This document shows positions 45,542 through 53,641 of a stretch of 53,641 nt of DNA, piece by piece. This DNA is from a virus (taxonomy: Duplodnaviria > Caudoviricetes). Position numbers and translations under genes: made by a program. Every line of letters starts with the position of its first letter. Position 1 is the stretch's first letter. The stretch lies in the IMG/VR virus record IMGVR_UViG_3300025103_000001, positions 1-53,641 of that record; one strand, written 5' to 3'. Under the pieces are notes generated by a model that worked only from the letters and a program-made list of their open reading frames with translations, searched no databases and was not told the DNA's origin.

Positions 45542-45973
45542 ATGGTCAATAAATATGGCTTAGTGGATTTTAAAGATCCAATCTTTTCATCGTTGTTTGT
45601 GGGATTTGATAATCTTTTTGAGAACATGACACAACTGTCACAAGGTTCTAAAAGCTTACCAAGTTATCCACCTTACAATGTGATACAAAACGGAGATGAT
45701 TTCGTAATTGAAATTGCTCTAGCAGGAATCGACAAGAAAGATTTGAATGTCGAAATACAAGAGAATACTTTAACAGTTTCTTATGACTCTTCTAAAACAG
45801 AAGAAGACAAGAAGCTCTACAAAGGAATTGCTCAACGCTCTTTTAAAAGACAGTTTAACTTGTCTGAAGATATAGAGATTGAAGGTGCAAACTTTGTAAA
45901 TGGTATGCTCAATATCTTTCTTGAAAGAGTTATTCCTGAGGAGAAGAAACCTAAAACAATTAAAATTAAATAA
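45542..45973 (+). CDS. hsp20: Small heat-shock protein (Hsp20, IbpA-like)
   Basis: YPPYNV, IEIALAG, KGIAQRSF, NGML.I.L...IPEEKKP..I.I. Start moved to MVNKYG after AAGGAG. Confidence 0.95.
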   Translation: MVNKYGLVDFKDPIFSSLFVGFDNLFENMTQLSQGSKSLPSYPPYNVIQNGDDFVIEIALAGIDKKDLNVEIQENTLTVSYDSSKTEEDKKLYKGIAQRSFKRQFNLSEDIEIEGANFVNGMLNIFLERVIPEEKKPKTIKIK

Positions 45974-45985
45974 TAGATATATGAA

Positions 45986-46138
45986 GTGGAAACAAAACGA
46001 CAAGAAAGGTGGGTAAGAATTGATAAAAGACAACTGTCAGAAATGACAGAGGATTTTAAACGCTATCAATTAATGTTTCGTATATTATTTGCTTATTTAA
46101 TTCTAGATGTTTTAATACACTTCGATCTATTAACTTAA
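45986..46138 (+). CDS. Small protein with C-terminal hydrophobic helix, 50 aa (not in ORF track)
   Basis: GTG start; METKRQERWVRIDK...LMFRILFAYLILDVLIHFDLLT*. Confidence 0.5.
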   Translation: METKRQERWVRIDKRQLSEMTEDFKRYQLMFRILFAYLILDVLIHFDLLT

Positions 46139-46167
46139 TTTTTTTTTGCTAAAGAGGGGAGCAAGAT

Positions 46168-47394
46168 ATGAAACAAAACAAACTTTTAATAGGAGCTTTG
46201 CTTTTATCTTCTGCTCTTTTCTTTAGTAATAATACAAAGGCTGATCCTACAGGTGACTGTACGACAGGTGAGTATTGTGAACAAAGTTCTTTAGCGACAA
46301 CAAACACTACAACCACAACTAATACCAACACCAATAGTAATACAAATAACAATACTAATAGCAATACAAATAATAATACTAATAGTAATACAAATGTAAA
46401 TACTTCAACAAACACAAACACAAGCACAGCTACTAATACTAATACCAATAATAATGTTAACTCTAATACATCGAACAATACAAACAGTAATACGAGTACT
46501 TCGACCTCGACAGCGACTAACTCGAATACCTCTAACAACACGAACACATCGACATCTTCGAATACTAATAACAGTACTAGTACAGCTACTAATACCAATA
46601 ATAATAACAACACTTCTACTTCAAACGTTACTTCAAATGTAAGTACAAGTAATACTAATAATAATACAAGTAGTTCTACATCTAACAATACCAACAATAA
46701 TAATTCAACAAGTACAAGTAATAATACAAACACTAATAATAATAATTCTACAAGTACTTCAAGCAATACAAACACTAATAACAATAATTCTACAAGCACT
46801 TCAAACAATTCAAACACGAATGTTAATAAGAATACATCTGATTCAAATGTAAAAAGCAATAACACTAACACAAATAATAATAACTCTAAGTCTGATAACA
46901 CGAATAGAAACATAAACGAATCTAAATCAGAGCAAGTTATTACACAGAATATCAATCAGAAAGCACCGCCTGCTTCTGCAATCGCACCATCAATCATGAG
47001 CTACAGCCAAGACCTATGTACTGTAGGAAGATCAGGCGCTTTTCAAGGACAAGTCTTTGGAATCTCTACAGGTGCTACAGTTCGTGATGAGAATTGTGAA
47101 CGCTTAAAACTTTCTAAGTATCTATACGATACAGGTATGAAAGTTGCAGCAGTTGCTATACTTTGTCAAGATATACGAGTTCATAAAGCGATGGCTATGG
47201 CAGGAACTCCTTGTCCATATGAAGGTAAGATAGGTGACGAAGCTAAAGCAGCTTGGAGTAAAAATCCTCAAGACAGACCTGATTACGAAGAAGCAAAAGA
47301 TACTTATGTGTCGAGATGTTGGGGAACTTTAAACTCAGCAGGCGTTAAGAAATCTAGAAGAACTTGTAAGCGTGAATTTAAAACGAAAGGTTAG
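46168..47394 (+). CDS. Secreted Asn/Thr/Ser-rich repeat protein with Cys-rich C-terminal domain
   Basis: Signal peptide, about 210 aa almost entirely N/T/S, then PPASAIAP...DLC...DENCERLKLSK...LCQD...AGTPCP. Confidence 0.85.
   Translation: MKQNKLLIGALLLSSALFFSNNTKADPTGDCTTGEYCEQSSLATTNTTTTTNTNTNSNTNNNTNSNTNNNTNSNTNVNTSTNTNTSTATNTNTNNNVNSNTSNNTNSNTSTSTSTATNSNTSNNTNTSTSSNTNNSTSTATNTNNNNNTSTSNVTSNVSTSNTNNNTSSSTSNNTNNNNSTSTSNNTNTNNNNSTSTSSNTNTNNNNSTSTSNNSNTNVNKNTSDSNVKSNNTNTNNNNSKSDNTNRNINESKSEQVITQNINQKAPPASAIAPSIMSYSQDLCTVGRSGAFQGQVFGISTGATVRDENCERLKLSKYLYDTGMKVAAVAILCQDIRVHKAMAMAGTPCPYEGKIGDEAKAAWSKNPQDRPDYEEAKDTYVSRCWGTLNSAGVKKSRRTCKREFKTKG
46696..46821 (+). repeat. 42-bp tandem repeat x3 (NNNSTSTSxNTNTN)
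   Basis: Units start at 46696, 46738 and 46780. Confidence 0.85.
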
Positions 47395-49810
47395 TACATT
47401 TTTATGTACGCTTTTACTTGCTCTTCCTGTTAGCGCCTCTTATATATATGAAGCAAACCAAAATCTATTTAATTTAGTTAACGAACAAAACACAACCAAC
47501 ATGGCAGTAGGTGACGATTCAGTCTCTGCTGCTTTTGATTTAGGATTTACATTTACTTTTTATGGTCAAGATTTTACCTCCGCACGAATGGCTACTAACG
47601 GCTGCTTACATTTTAAGACGACAGGATCTTATTGTAATGATTATACACCTGATCCGCTACCTGAGATTACATATACCCTTTATCCCTTTTGGACTGATTT
47701 AATACGAGATAATAATTCTAAGGTACTCGCTAAAAACTTTAGTGATAAGACTGTGTTTGGTTGGTATGACCTAAGAGAGTATAATCGTAGTGGTTCTGAT
47801 AATAGTTTTGAAGTAATCCTTTGGAACTCTAACGATTCTTTTGAGTTTAGATATGGTGCATTGGATATTATTAATCACGATGTACTGATAGGTGAACAAG
47901 GAAGTGCAAGTGAACTCTATACTTATTTATTTCACGATGAATGTAGTACAGGCACTACTAATGTAGTAGGTACTTGTGTTAATACCAATTGGAATAGTAC
48001 TTCGTTTAATACACTCTTAGAAAATGGAGGTAGTCTTTATGGTTTAGGTACAGGTAATGCTATTGATTGTAGTAATCCGCTAAATGATTCTTCGTGTAGT
48101 GGTTATGATGCAGCTTACTTGTCTCAGCAATGCGGTATAGACTCTTTATATGCAACTACTTGTCCTTTATATTGGCAAGCTTATGACGACCTACAATGTG
48201 ATTTAGATTCTCAATACGCTCCTTTTTGTGCAGGATATAGCCAAGAAGAATCCGTAGCTTATTATGTAGAAGATGAATTTGATTATGGCTACACACAAGA
48301 CGATATGTGGTATGACGAAGAATACGATGAATGGTTAGATCCAAACGATCCTTGTTATGAAAATGCTTGTGCAGATTTTACAGACCAAGACTGGTATGAG
48401 TTGGATGTAGAACAGTTTGGACAAGAGCAGGTCGATGAATGGTTTGGTACTGAAGTAGAGTTTAGTTCCGATGGAACAGTAGAATGGGAAACAACGAATA
48501 TGGATTCTTATGAGGATGTTGATGTATTAATGGATGAATACGATACAGCGCAAGAAGAAATACGAATACAAGAGGAACTTTATTATGAAGAAGAATACAT
48601 TTTTGAAGAAGAATATTTTCAGATGGAAGATGAATATCTTGATGCTTTTGTCGTAGACTATGAGTTAGAAACTTATGCTTCTGTCTTACCACACGAAGAT
48701 ACTTTATTATACGAGGAGTTTGAAAGACAAGAAATAATAGAAGAATATTTTGAAGAAGAAATAAACGAAGAAGAATTTTTAGAATTTGAAACTATTGAAG
48801 AACTAGATGAATGGTTTGAAGAGGAAGAAAATGAAGAAACAATTGAAGAGTTTGCTGAGACTATTGAAGAAGAAGGTGGAGACTTGGAGGATGCAGAGAC
48901 AATTGAAGAAGAGATACAAGACCGAGAAGAAGATCGCGATGTTGTTGTTGCAGAGAATGAAGACAAGAAACAAGATAAAAAAGCAAGACAATTAAATGTT
49001 GTTGCGGATTCAATACAAGCTGCTTCTAATAGCATGAGTGGAACAACAGCAGGTAATTCTATACACTCTACAGGCAATACAGTATCAGCAGGCGGTGCAA
49101 GTACAGCAACAAGTAGTGCTGTGACATCTTCATCATCAGGACAAAGTATGTCAAGTTCTCCGAGTATTTCAGAACAGGTATCTAGTGCAGCAATGCAAAC
49201 ACAACAGGTACTTAATATGAGCGTAGGAACAGAGATGACAGGCAGCTCATCAATAGGTGACAATAATGTAGCAGTAGGAAATAACATAAGTGTGGGTAAT
49301 ACAACAACGGAGAATACCAACAGCAGTAGTAATGTAGCTGTAGGATCAGACACCACGACTACCTCTGAAACTACCACCAATACTAGTGTTGCAAGCAATA
49401 CAAGTGGTGACAATAATGCAGCAGTAGGAAATACCAACAGCAGTAGTAATGTAGCAGTAGGAAATACGGGTGGTGATAATAATGCAGCAGTTGGCAATGT
49501 AGAAAATACCAACAACACAGCAGAACAAGTTGTTGCACAGAATATAAAACAACAACAAGAAGAATTAGAACAAGAACAACAAGAGACAGGTGAGTATGCA
49601 GACTCAACAGAACTTGTTGCTTATATGGGATATGTGGCAGGCTTTGATGCTTACAAACAAGTAGCGTTGCCACAGGCTAGTGATTGGTACGAGCCTAAAG
49701 CAATATATGTAAACGCATCTATACCTGATAATAATGCAGGGTTTTACAACCTTTATGCTACAAGTTTAACAGGATTAAATGAGATGATAAAACAACAACC
49801 AAATTTATAA
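47372..49810 (+). CDS. Secreted protein with nidogen(NIDO)-like N-domain, Cys-rich repeats and a very acidic region
   Basis: Signal peptide ending VSA; GDD..S..FDLGFTFTFYG...TNG...PFWTDL...NSFEVIL pattern; E/D-rich then S/T-rich tracts. Confidence 0.8.
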   Translation: MNLKRKVSTFLCTLLLALPVSASYIYEANQNLFNLVNEQNTTNMAVGDDSVSAAFDLGFTFTFYGQDFTSARMATNGCLHFKTTGSYCNDYTPDPLPEITYTLYPFWTDLIRDNNSKVLAKNFSDKTVFGWYDLREYNRSGSDNSFEVILWNSNDSFEFRYGALDIINHDVLIGEQGSASELYTYLFHDECSTGTTNVVGTCVNTNWNSTSFNTLLENGGSLYGLGTGNAIDCSNPLNDSSCSGYDAAYLSQQCGIDSLYATTCPLYWQAYDDLQCDLDSQYAPFCAGYSQEESVAYYVEDEFDYGYTQDDMWYDEEYDEWLDPNDPCYENACADFTDQDWYELDVEQFGQEQVDEWFGTEVEFSSDGTVEWETTNMDSYEDVDVLMDEYDTAQEEIRIQEELYYEEEYIFEEEYFQMEDEYLDAFVVDYELETYASVLPHEDTLLYEEFERQEIIEEYFEEEINEEEFLEFETIEELDEWFEEEENEETIEEFAETIEEEGGDLEDAETIEEEIQDREEDRDVVVAENEDKKQDKKARQLNVVADSIQAASNSMSGTTAGNSIHSTGNTVSAGGASTATSSAVTSSSSGQSMSSSPSISEQVSSAAMQTQQVLNMSVGTEMTGSSSIGDNNVAVGNNISVGNTTTENTNSSSNVAVGSDTTTTSETTTNTSVASNTSGDNNAAVGNTNSSSNVAVGNTGGDNNAAVGNVENTNNTAEQVVAQNIKQQQEELEQEQQETGEYADSTELVAYMGYVAGFDAYKQVALPQASDWYEPKAIYVNASIPDNNAGFYNLYATSLTGLNEMIKQQPNL

Positions 49811-49826
49811 AAACAAGGAGAACAAT

Positions 49827-50195
49827 ATGGATTGGTTTCAATCAAAAGCAGCACAGATCATAGGCTTGGTTTCTATTATAGGAACATTAGCAGGCTTTGG
49901 TTATACAGGTGCTACCTATGTTAATAGGATAGAAAACTTAGAAAATAAAATAGGTCGTATAGAAGGTACAGAAGACGCTCAACAAGAAATTGAAGAACGC
50001 TTTAGTTCTATAGAAACTTCTGTGACTTACATTAATAAATCAATTGATGATAGTATCATGCCTGAAATTAAAGAGAACAGCAACATGATTAAAACTATAG
50101 ATGTAGATATATCTACTGCAACAACACAGATAAATGCAATAGAAAATAGGGTTAAAAGAATCGAAGATAAAGACGATAACCCATTGGCGAACTGA
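49827..50195 (+). CDS. Membrane-anchored coiled-coil protein
   Basis: N-terminal TMD, heptad repeats, C-terminal NPLAN; AAGGAG Shine-Dalgarno. Confidence 0.75.
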   Translation: MDWFQSKAAQIIGLVSIIGTLAGFGYTGATYVNRIENLENKIGRIEGTEDAQQEIEERFSSIETSVTYINKSIDDSIMPEIKENSNMIKTIDVDISTATTQINAIENRVKRIEDKDDNPLAN

Positions 50196-50196
50196 T

Positions 50197-50574
50197 ATGG
50201 GTGACGATCAACATTATCCTAGCGGAAGATTTGGTGGAGACATGTCTCGCAATGAAGTAGAGATGGACTTATCTAAGTTCATGGAAATGCTTCAAGAGAA
50301 CTCTGCACTTAAAGATAAAATAAGAACCTTAGAAGATAAAAAGAATGACAACCCTTATCAAAAGTTTATATTTGTAGCACAAGCAATAGATGCTTGGAGA
50401 ATTATACCAAGAGCTTTTCTTGCTGTATATATGTATCTATTATATTTTACAACCTTTTGGTTTATGGATCTAGCTGAACCTAGTTTTGAGCAATCTGGTT
50501 TGATTTCAATTGTTGTTGGTGCGGGTGCTGCGTGGTTTGGACTTTATACCAACAGCCATAAAGATAAAAAGTAA
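50197..50574 (+). CDS. Two-TMD membrane protein, possibly holin-like
   Basis: DAWRIIPRAFLAVYMYLLY and GLISIVVGAGAAWFGLY. Confidence 0.7.
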   Translation: MGDDQHYPSGRFGGDMSRNEVEMDLSKFMEMLQENSALKDKIRTLEDKKNDNPYQKFIFVAQAIDAWRIIPRAFLAVYMYLLYFTTFWFMDLAEPSFEQSGLISIVVGAGAAWFGLYTNSHKDKK

Positions 50575-50889
50575 TAGTATTGCAATAAATAAAGCTGCAG
50601 CTAACCCATATAAAGAAGCATAAATACTTTTATCTTCTTCTACTGTTGTTTGTTGTATTATATTTTTTTCTTGTGGCGCAGGTATAGTATCAGATTCGTT
50701 TAGTTCTTCATCAATCTTATCAACAATTGTTTTGGTTGCGTCAACAGGGATAGAGATAATCGTTTTACTTAATTCAACTGTTTCATCTATAACAGCGTTG
50801 CTTATTTTTTTTGTGGATTCAACTGTTGTTTCTATGATAGTGCAAGAAACTATTAAAAGAATTAGAATTAAAAATTTACTCCACTTAAT
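50506..50889 (-). CDS. 127-aa lipoprotein with C-terminal TMD and non-canonical ATT start (not in ORF track)
   Basis: AAGGAG-8 nt-ATT; lipobox IVS-C; 24/47 ungapped identity to 22828-23046; C-terminal TMD followed by KSKPRSTR. Confidence 0.75.
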   Translation of the reverse strand: MKWSKFLILILLIVSCTIIETTVESTKKISNAVIDETVELSKTIISIPVDATKTIVDKIDEELNESDTIPAPQEKNIIQQTTVEEDKSIYASLYGLAAALFIAILLLFIFMAVGIKSKPRSTRTNNN

Positions 50890-51106
50890 CTTTATAACTC
50901 CTTGCGTCTAGTTCTGTTTCAATTTTAGAATGTACTTGGTGTAGTTCAGCTTTAGCTACGCGTACAATAGTTTCAAGTGTTGAGTAAGTGATTGGATTAA
51001 GTTTATTTTTAATCTCAGATATTTCAGCAATCTTTTGTTCAGTAATTACATTGCCTTTCTTATCCACGAGTACAGCGAAACTAATTATGTTTGCTTCATT
51101 TTTCAT
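50885..51106 (-). CDS. Hypothetical protein
   Basis: 73-aa ORF coupled to the reductase gene. Confidence 0.7.
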   Translation of the reverse strand: MKNEANIISFAVLVDKKGNVITEQKIAEISEIKNKLNPITYSTLETIVRVAKAELHQVHSKIETELDARSYKD

Positions 51107-53028
51107 AATATCTCACACGCACCTGCTGTACAAGCAAGCTCCTTAGTATTCTCAGTCATGTCTTCCTTTTCATAATCTTTTATTAGATCCCAATCAATAT
51201 TACTTGTTGTTTTCTTTTGCCATTCTTTATATTCTTTTGCTGTTATCTCTTGGTAAGGTGCTTGTTGATAGGAGTGATCAGCATAAGGTAAGAATGAAAC
51301 ACCTGATATATCATCAAAGTTATTCCATACCCACGAGCCTACATCCAACCATTCATGTTCTTTAATAGAGATAGTAGCCGATGGTTTATGTTCACACCAA
51401 TGGTTTTGATAAGTCTTCCATATTTCTAAATGCTCTAAGGCTGTCAAGTCTTTTCTTGTTAAAGAACCTTTAGGAGATTTAATAGGAAAGTAGAACACTA
51501 AAGTATGTTCAGGCTTAGTAATATCATCTTCGTGATAGACTCCTTGATCTACCATCAACTGTGCAATAGGATCTTTCTTATCTGCTCTTACAGTTCTTAT
51601 ATAGTACTCGCTGTGTCTTGTATGAATACCTGATGCACTATCCACTAACTGACTGACAGTACCGCTTGGTTTAACACAAGTAATAGCAACTGATTGTTTT
51701 ATTCCTAAATTAGCAGACCAACCTTCGTTTATAACAACTGCTTTGTTCTTTAAAGTTTCTAAGTTAGTGGAAAGTAATGTAGAAGTACTCAGTAATTTAT
51801 TATCCATGATACCTGTAAGTGACACACCAAGTAATGCTTCTTCTTCTGTGTTATCTTTCCAAGCCTTTGTCAAGTATCTAAAGTTAGTTAAAGTTGCTTG
51901 GAAAGTTCCTAAGATTGTAGCAAGCTCTACCTTATCTGAAAGCGTAGACCAATTATCATCAGCACGAACAACCACTTCAGTTAGATTACAGAATTGTTTA
52001 TTGCGCAATATGATTTCACTACAAGGATTACAACCAAAGTCTTTATAATCTTCTCGTCTTCCATTCTTAGCCGCTTGTTTCTCAGCAGCTTGGCGATTAA
52101 AGATACCACGCTCACCGCTTTTAGAATCATATAATGATAACCATTCGCGCATGAATGCTCCCATCTCTGCTGAATCTGTATAAGCTACAGAGTTATTAGA
52201 CAATGCTCTGTGTTGGCTATGCTCCCACCAAGAACCTGACTTAGCATTACGCATACGCTCATCTGAGAGGTTGCTAAGAGAGATTAAAGCACTTCGCCTT
52301 ACACCACCTACTACAACAACTTCTGCGATCTTACACATCAAATCATGGCAATCAATTGATACTAATTTCTTTTGTCCTTTAGCTACTGCATCAAAAAATA
52401 TATTAGCAGTGAATTGAAAAAGATCAGCCAATGGTGCAGGACCACTAGCACGACCACCAAAAGTTTTAAGTCTAGCACCGTGTGGTCTAATGTTAGATAG
52501 ATCCCATTGTGGTATCTGTCCTGAATAAAGAAGAGACATAAACTCTTTGTAAGCTTTTGCCCAACCAATCTTTGAGTCAGCAACTTTGATAACAGTATCA
52601 GTGTAGTGTATTTCTTCAGGAAGATCAGGAAGTTTATTAATATACTGTCGTTCTACACTGAATCCAACACCTGTACCACACATAAGTATATAAAGTGTCT
52701 CATCGAATGCTCTAGGTGTATCGACAGCAACATAACTGCAGTTAAACCCTGCTACGTTATCTCGTTCTAAAGCTGCACCTGCTGACATTAAAGCTCTCAT
52801 GCTTGGCATAATGTCTAAGTTAAGTACAGCTTGTTCTAGCTGTGGTCTAATGTCTGATATATCAGTATCGTTATTCTTCTTTAAATGCTCCTGCATAAAG
52901 TCAAAGTATCTTGCAACTGTCTGTTGCCAAGTCTCGCGTCTTCCTGTATCTTCGTTCCATCTTGCGTATCTGCTAAGATGTATGAACTCTTGATAGCTTG
53001 TGGGTAGTTTAGTTTGTTCCATTTTCAA
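51103..53028 (-). CDS. nrdJ: Class II (adenosylcobalamin-dependent) ribonucleotide reductase
   Basis: PSMR, FNCSY, GGVRRSA, NPCSEI, CNLTE, KPSGTVS and C-terminal CTAGACEI; no small-subunit gene nearby. Confidence 0.93.
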   Translation of the reverse strand: MKMEQTKLPTSYQEFIHLSRYARWNEDTGRRETWQQTVARYFDFMQEHLKKNNDTDISDIRPQLEQAVLNLDIMPSMRALMSAGAALERDNVAGFNCSYVAVDTPRAFDETLYILMCGTGVGFSVERQYINKLPDLPEEIHYTDTVIKVADSKIGWAKAYKEFMSLLYSGQIPQWDLSNIRPHGARLKTFGGRASGPAPLADLFQFTANIFFDAVAKGQKKLVSIDCHDLMCKIAEVVVVGGVRRSALISLSNLSDERMRNAKSGSWWEHSQHRALSNNSVAYTDSAEMGAFMREWLSLYDSKSGERGIFNRQAAEKQAAKNGRREDYKDFGCNPCSEIILRNKQFCNLTEVVVRADDNWSTLSDKVELATILGTFQATLTNFRYLTKAWKDNTEEEALLGVSLTGIMDNKLLSTSTLLSTNLETLKNKAVVINEGWSANLGIKQSVAITCVKPSGTVSQLVDSASGIHTRHSEYYIRTVRADKKDPIAQLMVDQGVYHEDDITKPEHTLVFYFPIKSPKGSLTRKDLTALEHLEIWKTYQNHWCEHKPSATISIKEHEWLDVGSWVWNNFDDISGVSFLPYADHSYQQAPYQEITAKEYKEWQKKTTSNIDWDLIKDYEKEDMTENTKELACTAGACEIL

Positions 53029-53476
53029 TAGCCTCTATTTTAAAACAGTATTTTTTAAATGTTTCTATAGGAATTAAGCAGGCAATTTTTGATGTTGTAT
53101 CTCCTTGTCCTGTTAAAGTTCTCGAAGAAATATTATTAGTTATAATACACTCAATTATTTTTAATGGAGTAATCCACAAACATTTCTCACCTGTAAAAAT
53201 AACCCAATAATCTGCTGTTGTTGTTAGTAAGGCAGAAGGTTTATTAAACATCATTAATTCAATTATAATATTACCTGTTTCACAGCTTCTATAATCACCT
53301 TTTATTTCTATTTTTTTATCCTTTTCAGGAATAAATAAATCATAATCTTTAAACTTACCATCTATAAGAACAGAACAAGGATATTTTTTTTGTAGTCTTT
53401 TTAATATATACTCTTCAATTTTTCTACCGCGTTGTAAATCTTTATGAAAATTCTGTGTTGTATTAATTTGTTCCAC
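53009..53476 (-). CDS. PD-(D/E)XK-like nuclease-fold protein
   Basis: YDLFI...IEIKGD...TGNIIIE...TTADYW. Confidence 0.65.
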   Translation of the reverse strand: MEQINTTQNFHKDLQRGRKIEEYILKRLQKKYPCSVLIDGKFKDYDLFIPEKDKKIEIKGDYRSCETGNIIIELMMFNKPSALLTTTADYWVIFTGEKCLWITPLKIIECIITNNISSRTLTGQGDTTSKIACLIPIETFKKYCFKIEAIENGTN

Positions 53477-53583
53477 TTTTTGTTTTCTCCTCTGTCCATA
53501 AGTGTATTGCTATAATAGCATAATGAATAATCTTTAATAAGTCTCCTTGATTCTTGTACTCTCCTGTGACAGGATCAGGTTTC
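53463..53583 (-). CDS. 3' part of the junction-spanning DUF3310-like protein
   Basis: Same frame continues ...KPDPVTGEYKNQGDLLKIIHYAIIAIHLWTEEKTKSGTN*. DL.K..HY is typical of the family. Total 312 nt. Confidence 0.8.
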
Positions 53584-53641
53584 TTACCATACCTCATTGC
53601 ATACTTCATTATGTTTCCTATACAAAAGGCTTCTCCGTATC
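53584..53641. repeat. Terminal overlap, identical to 1-58
   Basis: Exact 58-nt match with the window start. Confidence 0.95.

Noticed and set aside
46149-46955. 268-aa Leu/Val-rich minus-strand ORF
   Set aside because: It is the antisense shadow of the N/T/S repeat gene; AAT and ACA codons read as hydrophobic residues on the other strand.
53584-53641. 58-bp terminal repeat as a biological direct terminal repeat
   Set aside because: It falls in the middle of a coding gene, which is what an assembly overlap of a circular contig looks like.

Overview
The window is one complete, circularly permuted genome of an AT-rich lytic podovirus-like phage, most likely marine. Bases 1-58 are repeated exactly at 53584-53641, and a gene runs across that junction, so the unit length is 53,583 bp. 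The minus-strand arm (about 13.9 kb down to 1, continuing from 53.6 to 50.5 kb) holds early genes and a T7-like replication module. That module comprises SSB, primase-helicase, family A DNA polymerase, PD-(D/E)XK nucleases, an endonuclease I-like resolvase and a class II ribonucleotide reductase. There is no phage RNA polymerase, and transcription uses near-consensus sigma70 promoters. The plus-strand arm (13.98-50.6 kb) encodes TerS, TerL, portal, scaffold, major capsid, tail adaptor and nozzle, a long repeat-rich tail fibre, internal virion proteins (one of 2397 aa with peptidase and ART-like domains), a holin-like protein, Hsp20 and a cassette of secreted and membrane proteins. The most unusual signals lie outside the ORF track. 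(1) Three copies of an H-type pseudoknot with a fully covarying second stem each sit 21-24 nt before a start codon. (2) A roughly 430-nt highly structured non-coding region lies in the early arm. (3) A missed ATT-start lipoprotein has u-spanin-like topology and is a paralog of a second lipoprotein 28 kb away. (4) Five DnaA-box-like 9-mers are phased at about 11 bp. (5) The ssb, scaffold and hsp20 genes have structured leaders, the last ROSE-like. (6) An RxxFxxGGxV-type motif is shared across virion cargo proteins. (7) CCWGG appears strongly avoided. All family assignments come from motif recognition by eye, not from database searches.
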